From the IMG/VR virus record IMGVR_UViG_3300027278_000001, positions 1 through 64,000 of that record: a stretch of 64,000 nt of DNA; one strand, given 5' to 3'. This document shows positions 50,701-61,228 of the stretch, piece by piece. The notes beneath the pieces are model-generated. The model searched no databases. It saw nothing but the letters and a program-made list of their open reading frames with translations, and was not told where the DNA came from. The DNA comes from a virus (lineage: Duplodnaviria > Caudoviricetes). The position numbers and the translations under genes were made by a program. Within the stretch, counting starts at the first letter, position 1; each line of letters starts with the position of its first letter.

Positions 50701-53571
50701 GGTCTTATGATGCACAAGACAATTTTCGAGTAAACTATGAAAACAGTAGAAAAATGGTTAGAGCAAAGTCCTTTGCCGGTAGTTGCTAGAATAGTGGACA
50801 GCGCGGACGACGTTCGGATGATAGCACTAAGCGCCGCAGTATATAGTAAAGGCACTTTATTAGTGATCCCTATAGAAACATTAGAACAATTGGTAAACTC
50901 TATCCGAAAGGCATAAAGCCATAGAATCTTTCAATTGTACAGCTTGCCAGATAGGCGTATGCTTAAGCCATACAAACAAACAACAGGAATAAAAACTATG
51001 GAAAAGCAAAACATTCTTACCCTTTGCCGTATGATCCAGCATTGCCACAACAAGAACAATTCTTTAGCAGTTCGCCAATGGACAGCAGTCTGTGGCAAGC
51101 GTGCTTTACTGACGTGGACTACCCTTCGCATTATCTAAAATAAAAGCTTTACAAGCCCTCGAAAGAGGGCTATTATTCAACCATACAAACCCAAACAGTG
51201 AGGCAGCATCATGAAAAAGCCATTTTCTTTTGAATGTATCAATTGCCATCAAGTAGTCACTGAGAAATTTAGCCCCATCATGCTTGAGATGGTTAAACAA
51301 TCCGGCGCTTGCTGTGATGCTTGCTGCAATGGTGCCGAAGCATACTATGCCAGCCCAGTTTATCAGGCGTTTGAAGAGGCAGAAAATAGTTCCGATTGTT
51401 ATGCATAAAGGGCTTTACAAGCTCAGCCAATACGCTACAATGAACACAAGCCAAGGGGAATAAGCCCCAAGGCACTTAAGCAAAGGAAATCACCATGTCA
51501 AACTTCAATATCAACAACGTCACTTTCTTTCGTGGTCACACTGTTACCAACGGTCAAGTAGACATCAGTGAGTCTGAATACGCAGACTACATTGACGAAA
51601 TTTATCCGACTGTCGAAGTAGCAGGCTTGACTTTTGATGCTAGTCGCATCATCCAAGAATGTGATCCTACAGCATTCCGTTGTGGCTTGGGTGACTATGA
51701 ATCAGAAATTCAAAGCGAGCTTGAAGATGCCATCGAGAATGAAGACGAAAGCGATATTGATTGGGAAGATGGTAAAAGCCCTTATGAGCTGGACGCACTA
51801 GAAGACGAATAAATCAAAATAAAAGCTTGACCCATACGCTCACAATGCTAGAATGATCACAAGCCCAAGCAATCAAGCAAGGGCTACCACTACCAAGGGA
51901 TCACCATTATGCAAACCATTACCACTTCCTACGCTGGCCCAACCAATACCAAAGGCAGCCGTATCATGGTTAAAAGCTGGCTTAAGAATAAAGCTTTCGG
52001 CTGGGACTACTCGCTCAATAGCGAAGCTAACCACAAGGCAGCAGCCCAGCAGATGGTTGACGTGTTGAACGCTGATCGTATCAAGAATGGTCATGGTGAT
52101 TATCAGTGGTCTATCGTTGCTAGTGGCTCGATGCCAGACGGCAAAGGCAACGCCTACATTATTGATTTGATCGAAGCAAAATAAATCAAATTCTCTTCAA
52201 AAGCCCTGGCATTAGCTGGGGCTTCTGTATTCTAAACCCATCGAAGCAAACAACCTCAAGCGGAGTAACTAGAATGTACACACTAATGACCCAAGAACAC
52301 GCCACCAGCGCACAAGAATTCCGCACCATTGAGTCAGTAGCCTTTGCTCACTCCATGGGTGAAAACGGCGGATTCTATAAAGTGCAATTGATTGATGAAA
52401 ACGGCGTTATCTTGACCGAATGGAAGGTATAAATCATGCAAACAGTAAAACTTAAAGGCATCGAAGGCGACTACCATATACAAGCTGAACATGGTGTGTT
52501 TCTCACCCTTCTTGCTATGCAGTGGCAGAACATCAACGGTGAATTATTCTACTTACCGACTAAAATCGGCTTTAAAGAATGGCAATCCCTAGGCGGTAGC
52601 CTATCCAGTGATGCCCCGGTACGGTATAGCTATGGCAATCTAACCTGCCATAAGAATCAGATTGTTTAAGCCGACGAACGGTAGCAGATAAAGCTTTGCA
52701 GATACCACAGCTGTGTTATAGTGCGCACACGGAAACAGAAAACTCACTACCTCGGAGCAATGTAACATGACAAACACTACCAGCATCACCCGCCTCGTCA
52801 CTGTTTTGATTCAACGCGCAGACGATACCAAAAATCAAGGTATCATCACTCAAGGCGAGCACGTTCTTTTTGTTGAGAACGTAATAGGCATTTACATGAC
52901 GTATATGAACGGCAAGGATGATGCAGAAACAGCCCGCCAAGCAATGCACAAGCAAGCCATGCGCTTTGGCATTATCTAACATCACAACAGATTGAGGCTC
53001 ATCCTATGTCATTCCAAACCAAAGCAGCTCAACAATTCTACTTTGATTTCTATTCTTACTTGAAGACCCATGGCCAAAGCTTACCAGCCCATAAATACCT
53101 GAATTGTGAAAGCATGATCAGCCTTGAGGCTGTTGTTATAGACCAAGGTAGGCAGTCTGTAGATGAGGCGGTTACCAGTATTCACTATTATCTAACTCTT
53201 ATCGGGGTATAACCAAAGGAGGCTTTTTGCCTCCTCTTTTATTCCAAAAAGATTTGCACAAGCCTAACAAAAGCCGGTACAATCCTCACCATGGACAAGC
53301 AATTCAGCAAGTCCATACCAGCCCGGAGGCTACCATGGCAATTCACACCCCTATCACCTTCGAAGTTAAAGCCTATAACGCCAAAGGCGTATGCATTGAC
53401 TCCAAGGTCTACCACACTCCAAAGCTTAATGCCTTTGGTGGCCACTGGACTGTCTGCCAGCGTATGGCTATCACGCTTGGCAAGAACAAGAAAGTGAAAA
53501 GCATCCGCTACTTTATGGATGATGTTGAATACGTCTACAACTCAGACGAATGCGAATTCGTAAAGGCGTAA
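41756..53571 (+). CDS. Early / host-takeover region: about 40 small ORFs, mostly hypothetical
   Basis: ORF track plus short ORFs. Nearly all are on +, preceded by SD sequences and repeated promoters. Confidence 0.65.
42780..43279 (+). pseudogene. Pyrimidine-dimer DNA glycosylase (T4 endonuclease V/DenV-family-like), split by a frameshift near 42985
   Basis: ORF1 (MNLFA...HC..H.VKMILE.AQMLSTAH...YKPTH.NHPC...R...ENYKW) continues in the -1 frame as AYEHLQAL..EYT.R.GK.HKS. Confidence 0.7.
51495..51812 (+). CDS. Highly acidic small early protein
   Basis: By my count 29 D/E versus 4 K/R in 105 aa. Has its own promoter (51414) and AAGGA SD. Confidence 0.8.
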   Translation: MSNFNINNVTFFRGHTVTNGQVDISESEYADYIDEIYPTVEVAGLTFDASRIIQECDPTAFRCGLGDYESEIQSELEDAIENEDESDIDWEDGKSPYELDALEDE

Positions 53572-53588
53572 ACCTTCGAGCTACAAAC

Positions 53589-53616
53589 AAGCCCGCCTTA
53601 TGCGGGCTTTCTTTTG
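53589..53616 (+). terminator. Terminator ending the rightward early region
   Basis: AAGCCCGC-CTTAT-GCGGGCTT followed by TCTTTTG. Confidence 0.85.
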
Positions 53617-53699
53617 TCTATCAGAAAACATTCTATTAACTAACATTATATTGAATTATATAGTGTTATCTGTCGTCATTCTATTGTCACTACCCTCCT

Positions 53700-54270
53700 G
53701 CTAATACGTCAATTATCTGTCTATCAGGTAGCCTATCTATTCCCCTCTTTTATCCCTATCTATAAGCCCCTTAAACAAGCGCATAAGCCTTAGCCATACT
53801 AGCCTATGGTATAGCCTGTAATGCTGGCTAAATACGTCTGTAAACAGGCTCATTTGAGCTTATTGTGGCTAGTATAGTGTTGCCTATTATGGTGATTACA
53901 TACCTTATGTGGTTAAGCCTATTCACTCTCCACTACCAACCTTCAGCATCAACTCAGCACAATTCACCGTACTTTGTACAAAACATACGCTGGCTAGTCA
54001 CTTGGAATACACATCCTCAGCTATTAGCTTTGCCTATGTCATCTTGCCTGCACTATCTGGTCGAACCTATGTCCTGCTATGGGTGACCTATAGATCATCG
54101 TCTAGTGAGCTTGCCAGATAGGATAGTGACGATATTTCTAGCAGTCTGGGGCTTATGAGGGTGGCGGCTATTTGTTGCTAAGACCCTCAGCAATAGAGAC
54201 AGTAATTTCTTAGTAAACATAAGCTGCCTATAGATATTTACAGGTACGAGAAAAGGAGAACACCTATGAA
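53700..54270. repeat. Non-coding region with clustered CCTAT-core repeats (origin or terminus candidate)
   Basis: GCCTAT at 53731, 53802, 53882, 53917, 54032 and 54226. ACCTAT at 54065, 54086 and 54262. CCCTAT at 53754. Confidence 0.6.
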
Positions 54271-54283
54271 AGCATGTTCTCCT
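54248..54283 (-). terminator. Terminator ending the leftward unit
   Basis: AGGAGAACA(54254-54262)/TGTTCTCCT(54275-54283) stem, with a T-run on the minus strand. Confidence 0.7.
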
Positions 54284-54400
54284 GAGAGTGGGGTTTGGGA
54301 ATTTCTTACTTTTCCAGAATCTTTCTTTAAGGATGCTGCCCGCAAAGCCCCGTTCTAGAGCCTTCCGTGAGTCAAGTTGGTTATAACCTAAACCAGACAG

Positions 54401-55624
54401 TTATTTTGAGTACAGCCATTCCTTGAATAAGGTCTCCATTCTCTTGGGTAGGATGTATAAATCTATAGGTTCATCTTCCCTAATACGAGTCCTCCATATC
54501 CACTGAATCATCTCAGATAAAGCAAACTGATCGTCATCTGGAATTGCATCTAGCTCTAACCCATAATCTTGCAGATACGACTTAACAACAAGGTTTACAT
54601 AACGATTGTAAGCATGGAAGGCTACAGACTTGTGTTTGTACTTGTTTGTTGCTCTAGCACCACAGTAAAGGAATACATCTTCAATGTTGATATTTGGATG
54701 TACGACAGTCCTCTTGCTTTCTTTGTTAGCATTCTCTTTTGGTAGGGTGATGAGTAAGTCATCTTTACCAACCTTCCTGTAAACAGAACGGATTGCTGAT
54801 GCAAGCTTCTTCAGTTGCTCCTTAGTAGCTGTTGTGCTGTACCATGTACTACTCATACTTAAGTTTCTAACAGCGTTAGTGCTAGGAGAACTACATATTG
54901 TAACCAGCTCCCTTGCTTTTGCTATTACATCCTCAGTCTTTTTCATTAGCTGCACTTCTGTAAAATCTACAATATCAATCCCTTTTAATTTTAAGAATGA
55001 TTCCATAACACTACCTTTGAACAGGTAAGACAGAATGATTGTTCGCTTTGCTGATTCAACTAAAGACATTGGTAATTGTGTAACCATCATCTCTCTGTTA
55101 CGCTTGGAACAGTACAGCATGTCAATTGAACACAGACGTTGTAAGCCAGAGTATTGAGTATCTTCACTCATTTCTTTCCAAAGCCATTCCACCTTACCTA
55201 GATTGTCCTCATCTACTTTGATGTGACCAGCTTCTTCAAGAGAGATAATGTCTCCTTTCTTGTATCTGCCTTGGTATGGCTCAATCAGGCTTACTTCCTC
55301 ATCAATGATCATCACATAGCTGTGTCGTGCAATCTGGTCTAAGTGCTTCTTAGACAACTCACTAAACAAGCTGTGAGTGAAGGAGATGTTACAGCCTTCT
55401 CGTAGTAGCTCTAGTAAGTGCTCTGATTTGGTTCTGTGATCATCTGTTGTTGGGAATGTAAACTCCAGAGCTTCACAAGCTTCTGGTATTCGTTCTTCTA
55501 CTTCTGTCAGCATTGGGGAGATGTACAAGTATTTATTGTTTGGATTAGACAACATCCATTTGATGATTCCCTGTGTCTTCCCACTACCCATAATTGCATC
55601 CAGCACTTCGATCTTTGTTGTCAT
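54401..55624 (-). CDS. Superfamily 2 helicase-like P-loop ATPase
   Basis: Walker A DAIMGSGKT, Walker B IIDEE, motif VI-like QWIWRTRIR. Likely ATG at 55624 (ATGA overlap). Confidence 0.8.
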   Translation of the reverse strand: MTTKIEVLDAIMGSGKTQGIIKWMLSNPNNKYLYISPMLTEVEERIPEACEALEFTFPTTDDHRTKSEHLLELLREGCNISFTHSLFSELSKKHLDQIARHSYVMIIDEEVSLIEPYQGRYKKGDIISLEEAGHIKVDEDNLGKVEWLWKEMSEDTQYSGLQRLCSIDMLYCSKRNREMMVTQLPMSLVESAKRTIILSYLFKGSVMESFLKLKGIDIVDFTEVQLMKKTEDVIAKARELVTICSSPSTNAVRNLSMSSTWYSTTATKEQLKKLASAIRSVYRKVGKDDLLITLPKENANKESKRTVVHPNINIEDVFLYCGARATNKYKHKSVAFHAYNRYVNLVVKSYLQDYGLELDAIPDDDQFALSEMIQWIWRTRIREDEPIDLYILPKRMETLFKEWLYSK

Positions 55625-56026
55625 TTGCGTTTGGACTTCCATTCCCACTCTTTCTGAGGCATTGCCATCTTGATGTAATATGAATTTACATCTTCATTGT
55701 TTTCGTTGTAGTAGGCGACTAACCCTTCCGCTTGCTCCTTAGATGTGGCATAACCAATCTCAAAATCTCTACCATCATTCTTAATCTTTTTGATTATCTT
55801 ATACTTCACTTACAACCTCCATCTTTATATTTCTCAGGATATTTACACAGCTTACCAAAGTTCCAAGCCTTGTCACAATCACAGATGTAGCTGTCTTTAG
55901 CTTTGTATAGCACAAACTCCAGAACATCATAATCCTTTTCCAACTTATCAAACTCTTCCTTGAGCTTTAGTTCAAACTCATCTAGCATAATTGATTCCTT
56001 ATTCTAAGAACAAACCATTTGCCCTC

Positions 56027-56746
56027 TCATATACGTTTATTAAGCAACGCAGTCAGAAACACAAACCTTCTGGTTGCCCATCTCCAATAATCTTCTGCAT
56101 CTGTCAACCAATCTTCCATGAGTTTGTCGTGCTTACTCAGGTTGCACCTTGCACAGAGTAGTTGTAGATTCTCAATAAAGTTGCTACCTCCCTTAGAAAC
56201 TGGAAGCACGTGATCAATATGGTACTCCTCTGAAATATCTGCTGAGCATATCGGACAAGTGCTGTCATGTAAATACTCCAAATGCAACAACTCATCTGCT
56301 GAGAAGCTTCCACCATGTTCACCCACCAAAGCTCTACGTCTTAGACTTGCTGCTCTTTGTACAGCCTTACCCTTCTCTGTTGCGTAGTAGTTTAAAAACC
56401 ACTGCTTACGTCTATCTTTATTAAACTCTCTATACTTCTTATCACGAACCCTCTTATTAGCCTTCTTGATAGCTGGATTCATAGGAGTGCGTTTTGGGCG
56501 TGTCAGCTTTTCCTGTTCTCGTTTAAGCTTCGCCTTTTCTGTTAGTTCATCTTTATTCTCGCTGATGTAAGCCTTCCTATATTCAGCTATATGATCTGCA
56601 TTCAATTCTTTGTAGTTTCTTATGCATTCAACACACCTTGTAGTGCTAACCAACCTTTCCGATAGGTGTCCATACTTACAAGGTTTACCTGTGAAGTACC
56701 TCTTCATCTTGAGGCTTCTCGCCTCTTCCCGACTTATCACTTCCAT
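56027..56746 (-). mobile_element. Free-standing HNH endonuclease
   Basis: CPIC...HIDHVLPVSKGGSN...NLQLLCARCNLSK. N-terminal RYFTGKPCKYGH...C..C module. Confidence 0.85.
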
Positions 56747-56914
56747 CTTCTTTCCTTATTAAAATAAATGCTTCATGTTGTAGAGGGAGGGATTCTCTAC
56801 ACAACAATTCAAAGTCTTCGTCTGTCATATTTTCAAAGTCGTACATTAAATTACTCCTACTCACACCATTAGACAACAGAAACAAGAAAAAGTTCCCTGA
56901 AAAGAGAAAATATT

Positions 56915-59072
56915 TCAGATACCCGACGAACGGTCAATAGACAACCACTCCCTCTTAGTCTTATATGTTTCACCATTAACCCTCATCCAAATATCAACAA
57001 TCTCTGGTGTTGTGCATTTCCAGAAACACTTTGGTGTCTTAGCTACAAACTTAGTACCCTCTGTTGGGAACATTGTGAGAATAAATCTAGCTTGTAAAGC
57101 TTTCAATGGGTCATCTGAGTATTGGTCAATCTTACATTGCTCATATTCTTCTTGATTCATAATCCCTCCTATTCTTTCGTATAAAGCTTTTTAAGACCGT
57201 AGTCTAGGCCAACATATTCCCTTTAGCTTGAAACCTCTTAGAGAGCCTTGTAGGAGCTTCTGGGACTATTCAGTGTCTTGTTTATTACTCTCCCAAACTT
57301 CTTTGCAGATATTCAACATCTCTTTCATGTACACTTCGTTGTACTCATCCAACTCAGCTTGTGTTGGAATACTCTCACGAATTTGAGCATTACGACCGTC
57401 TTCACGACCAGCAGTATAGAAAATGGAGCTGAAGCAAATGAATACCACACCCCACCAATTGATTTTATATTTCATACACCCTCCTAATTTAAATAAACAA
57501 CCCGTGGTATTTCAAACATGACTGATAAACCATCTTCTCCAGCTGATCAACATCCTCCTGTGTAACATCATAGCCAGCAGAAATCTTTGCGTCAATGATA
57601 GCGAATGTAATGAGCAAACTTTCACTCTTACACTGATTCATAACAGCATTCTGCCAAGAAGCTGTCCAATGACTAGAATATACAACATTCTGCTTTGTTG
57701 TGCAAGCAGAAACTAGTAGCAATACAGCTAGGAAGAAGATTTTCATGGGATGCTCCTACGCTATGGGATTACCAAACAACTTTCGAGCCATCTTCTTCAA
57801 GAATATCAATCTCCAAACCATGAGCACGGAGGATACTTAAGTGATGAGACTCTGAGTTAGCTGTTGTGGTCAAGTTATTTGTTTTAGCAATGTCGTAAAG
57901 ATGGTCCCCAACGTACCGTTGTGCATTACCATTCATGATCCAAAGGTTGGAACAACCATCAAACTTAATAGTATAGTTCATAACAATCTCCTATTTCCAC
58001 AATTGATCTAAAATATCCTGCTTCTCTTCTACAGTCAAATTACTTTCGTTAATAATCCTAGTAAACTTAGAGCAAGCTTGACTGTATGCAAGGGAGAAGC
58101 GTTGTTCTGCCTCGCGGATTTTGTCTTGGAGTTGTCTGCGTTCTGAGGGCATTAGTGGACGTGTGTCATAATCATTCATTTGAAGTACCCTCCGAAAAAA
58201 GCTTATTTTGTTTGTCAATCACCTTATCAAAATACTCTTGTGTACGACCTGTCAAATCTAGCCATCGCCACTTAAGGTCAAGAAATGAGACACACTTAGA
58301 CTTGAAAATTACTTCTGTGTTGAAAATAGTCTCAGTGTCAGGGATACCTTCGTAGTCATAGGAGTTTTCCCATGCGATACCAATCTGACACACCACTTTC
58401 CAAAGACCGCCAACACTGTCAGATTCCTCACCAAACACATCCTGCCAGAAATCTCCATAGCAATCAATGTAAGAATTCTTAATTTCATCAGACAAGTACA
58501 AGTCTTCTGTATCCAGAGCTATGTAGGTTTCTGAATAAATCTCTTTACGAAGAGGACTACACCAAAACTCACAAATGACTTCCATCAATTACCTCCATAA
58601 TTAAATGGTTGATACTGCAATACGTATATGCGTTTCCCGTCCAAACTACCTACACCAAAGCGTCCAGATTCTACTTTAAAGATATTTACGTAATCAGTCA
58701 AGCCTTGTAGTGTACCAAAGATGCGCTCCGATACACCAGCGGGGATGTATTCGCCCTCAATGAAGGATTTCTCGTTTTCAATTTGTTCAGTCACGATATA
58801 ACCTCCACTTTGATATTCAAGTCTTTTGCAACCTGCTTAAGTTCATCCAACCGCATACAATACAGACCTTCTCGGTGTTCATCAGTTACATCTTCTGTAC
58901 CAAGCTCTGTCAGGATAGCTTGATAATAGCAGCTTTCATAATCATGTGCAGAGCCTAGGTTACAATCTGTATCTTCTGAGTTGTAGCATTCCATGTAAGT
59001 GCCTTCACAACAACTGCAACCCGGTTGATCGTAATAGCCATCATCCCAGAACGTATAAGTCTTAGTCATCAC
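56915..59072 (-). CDS. Cluster of small hypothetical proteins, including a lipoprotein-like ORF (57489-57746, LVSAC)
   Basis: ORF track with overlapping starts and stops. Confidence 0.6.
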
Positions 59073-59614
59073 TTCCCTCCTGTATAAAATTTATGAGCAC
59101 CTACGTTTGCAACAAGCTCTTTGTGTTTAGCCCAAAAAGGCTTGATACTCTTTTCGTGATAGAAAGTCATATCACCTTCCACTTCTATATAGCCATGCAA
59201 TAAGTTGAAAGCAATGCTACTTGCCTCTAACCAATCACCGTCTGTCGGAGTACGTTGCTTGTGCATATCTTCAATGTAGCTAAATTGCTTTGGTTCATAA
59301 ATCACTTCCTTGATTGTATCTGGCCATGATTTATGCTCTACACGATTCAGTACAGTTTTAGCTACAAGACGTTTACCCTCTAAAGGCTCACTACGAGCTT
59401 CATATACTATCAGCTCAGCAAGGAGTTTACAGTCTTCCCAAGCATTGCACAAGATTTGCTTCTCAGACTTAGTGAGGGGTTTCATCTCTGGGATTTGCTT
59501 TACAGACTCTTTACGTTCTGCAAGGTACACATCTAGCATGAACATGATTCCTGCAATCAAGATAGCCCAGCTCCAGAACTCAAGGCTGCTCATGTTTCCG
59601 TTTTGGTTGTCCAT
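59069..59614 (-). CDS. Cell wall hydrolase, SleB/Hydrolase_2-like, with N-terminal TM anchor
   Basis: YEARSE...VA.TVLNRV...WPDTI.EVIY...QFS and H.FY. TM segment WSWAILIAGIMFMLDVYL. Confidence 0.85.
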   Translation of the reverse strand: MDNQNGNMSSLEFWSWAILIAGIMFMLDVYLAERKESVKQIPEMKPLTKSEKQILCNAWEDCKLLAELIVYEARSEPLEGKRLVAKTVLNRVEHKSWPDTIKEVIYEPKQFSYIEDMHKQRTPTDGDWLEASSIAFNLLHGYIEVEGDMTFYHEKSIKPFWAKHKELVANVGAHKFYTGGK

Positions 59615-59616
59615 AG

Positions 59617-60404
59617 TTAAACCTCCAGAATATCATGGTAAAGGCTTTCGGGAAACACATAACCTTCTTGCTCAAGTGAATCAACGATTGTACATGCGGC
59701 GTCTTTACTCAACCCATACCAACTCTCACCATCGTATTGTAAGCCGATTGGTTCACGCTCAGCTGTATCAAGAAACTCCATCTGTGCTTTATATGTGGAG
59801 TACAACAGTTCCGCTGAAGACCAATCAATAGCTGGAACATCACCAACCACACGATTTGATGCTACATGAATGGCAATCCCATCGTCGGCTTCATAAATGT
59901 AAAGGTCACATTTAAAATCCATACTACTCCAACGACAATAGCTCATAAATCCTCCTGTTTGTTTATCTAGGTTCCAGAATAGCAAAAGCCCCAATGCGTG
60001 TCAACACAAAGGTGCTAAAATAATCACTCATCTTTGAAAAACAAATCAGCTTGCTCAGGATGCACAAATTTTACACGATGGTCTTGAACAATCACACCCT
60101 TCTTACGGCTGTATTGCAGCTTTACACGCAAGAGAATCTTAGCCTTACGAGCTGCTTCAAACCAACCCTCTGGGAATAAAGCAAAGCAACCATCATGGAA
60201 ACGATTACCATGCCAATCTGTCAGTGTACCATTATATAATTTCACGGCTGTATTGAATGACACATATTGTCGTCCACGATTCACCCACAAACCACTTTCA
60301 AAGCTGTGTGTAGGCATCATGTAGCTGTAGCCAAGCACTTGCATAAACTTCGTCAAGCTTGCAAGCTGAATTTTACCGCTGTCTTGTGGTTTCCATTGTT
60401 CCAT
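59617..60404 (-). CDS. Two hypothetical proteins (59617-59946, 60024-60404)
   Basis: ORF track. Promoter TTGACA-17-TATTCT (60004-59976) places the first start at ATG 59946. Confidence 0.65.
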
Positions 60405-60474
60405 AAATCCTCCTAGGTTTATCTTTTCCTAAATACATTCACTAATAGTGCGAGTAAATCAAATCTTGTAAACT

Positions 60475-60915
60475 TCAGTCTAGATAAAACACATCCACCT
60501 TAGCTTCTCTGAGCTGATTCAAGCTGTGTTGAAACTCTTCACCGTATTTATAGTGTGTCCAGTCAGGCTCTGGTGAATACACTTTCGTAACACCAGCGTT
60601 GATCAACTGAGCTGTACACACTGGACACGGAAACATTGTAACAACAAGAGAGCTTCCGTTTGTACCCCTTCCAAGTCTTGCAGCATTAGCAATAGCCGAA
60701 GCTTCTGCGTGTGACGTGTAGAGGTACTTCAGTGGACGTTGACTGCGTTCCTCTGTGTGTTCCACCCCTCGTGCTAGGCAATTATATCCAATACTGATTT
60801 CTACGCAATCTGTTTCGGAAAATAGTACAGCACCAACCTTAGTATTCTCATCCCTACTCATCTCAGCACGCTTGTGTGCCAAGTCGATAAACTCTTGTAG
60901 CCAGCGTTCTTTCAT
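60475..60915 (-). CDS. dCMP deaminase
   Basis: TKVGAV, HAEASAI and PCPVC zinc-deaminase motifs. Confidence 0.92.
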   Translation of the reverse strand: MKERWLQEFIDLAHKRAEMSRDENTKVGAVLFSETDCVEISIGYNCLARGVEHTEERSQRPLKYLYTSHAEASAIANAARLGRGTNGSSLVVTMFPCPVCTAQLINAGVTKVYSPEPDWTHYKYGEEFQHSLNQLREAKVDVFYLD

Positions 60916-61228
60916 GTTCTCTCCCTATCGTGGTGGCTTACTAGACCCTTTAGCTCGTGTGGCTGTTGCGTACACTGACTGTCCACCATTCTCTTGTTTA
61001 CTCTTACCTTTCAAATCACGAACAACACGAATCTTGTATTTACCAACTCCCCAATCTTCATCAGCTTGCTTCTGTGCAGCTAGACGGTCTTTAGTCTTGT
61101 AATAACAACGCGAACCAATAGCCAGAAGCACATAGAAATTACTTGGAGCATTCAATACAAACGATTCACTAACTTCATCCCAGCATTCTGCTTGCTCTTC
61201 TGGGATAATGATACTTTCAATTGGTTTG

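Larger units (their letters stand above)
42488..53283 (+). repeat. Dispersed family of sigma70 promoter modules
   Basis: -35/-10 pairs with 16-18 bp spacers, -35 starting at 42488, 44778, 47742, 48069, 48373, 48698, 49938, 50407, 50935, 51148, 51414, 51827, 52695 and 53254. Many are preceded by AATAAAAGC/ATAAAGC and followed by CA-rich leaders. Confidence 0.8.

Noticed and set aside
54200-54245. Minus strand TATAGGCAGCT...CTAAGAAA resembles the 3' half of a type I-F CRISPR repeat (possible RNA anti-CRISPR)
   Set aside because: The 5' half (GTTCACTGCC) needed for the Cas6f hairpin is absent, the match is interrupted, and it is explained by the local CCTAT motif.
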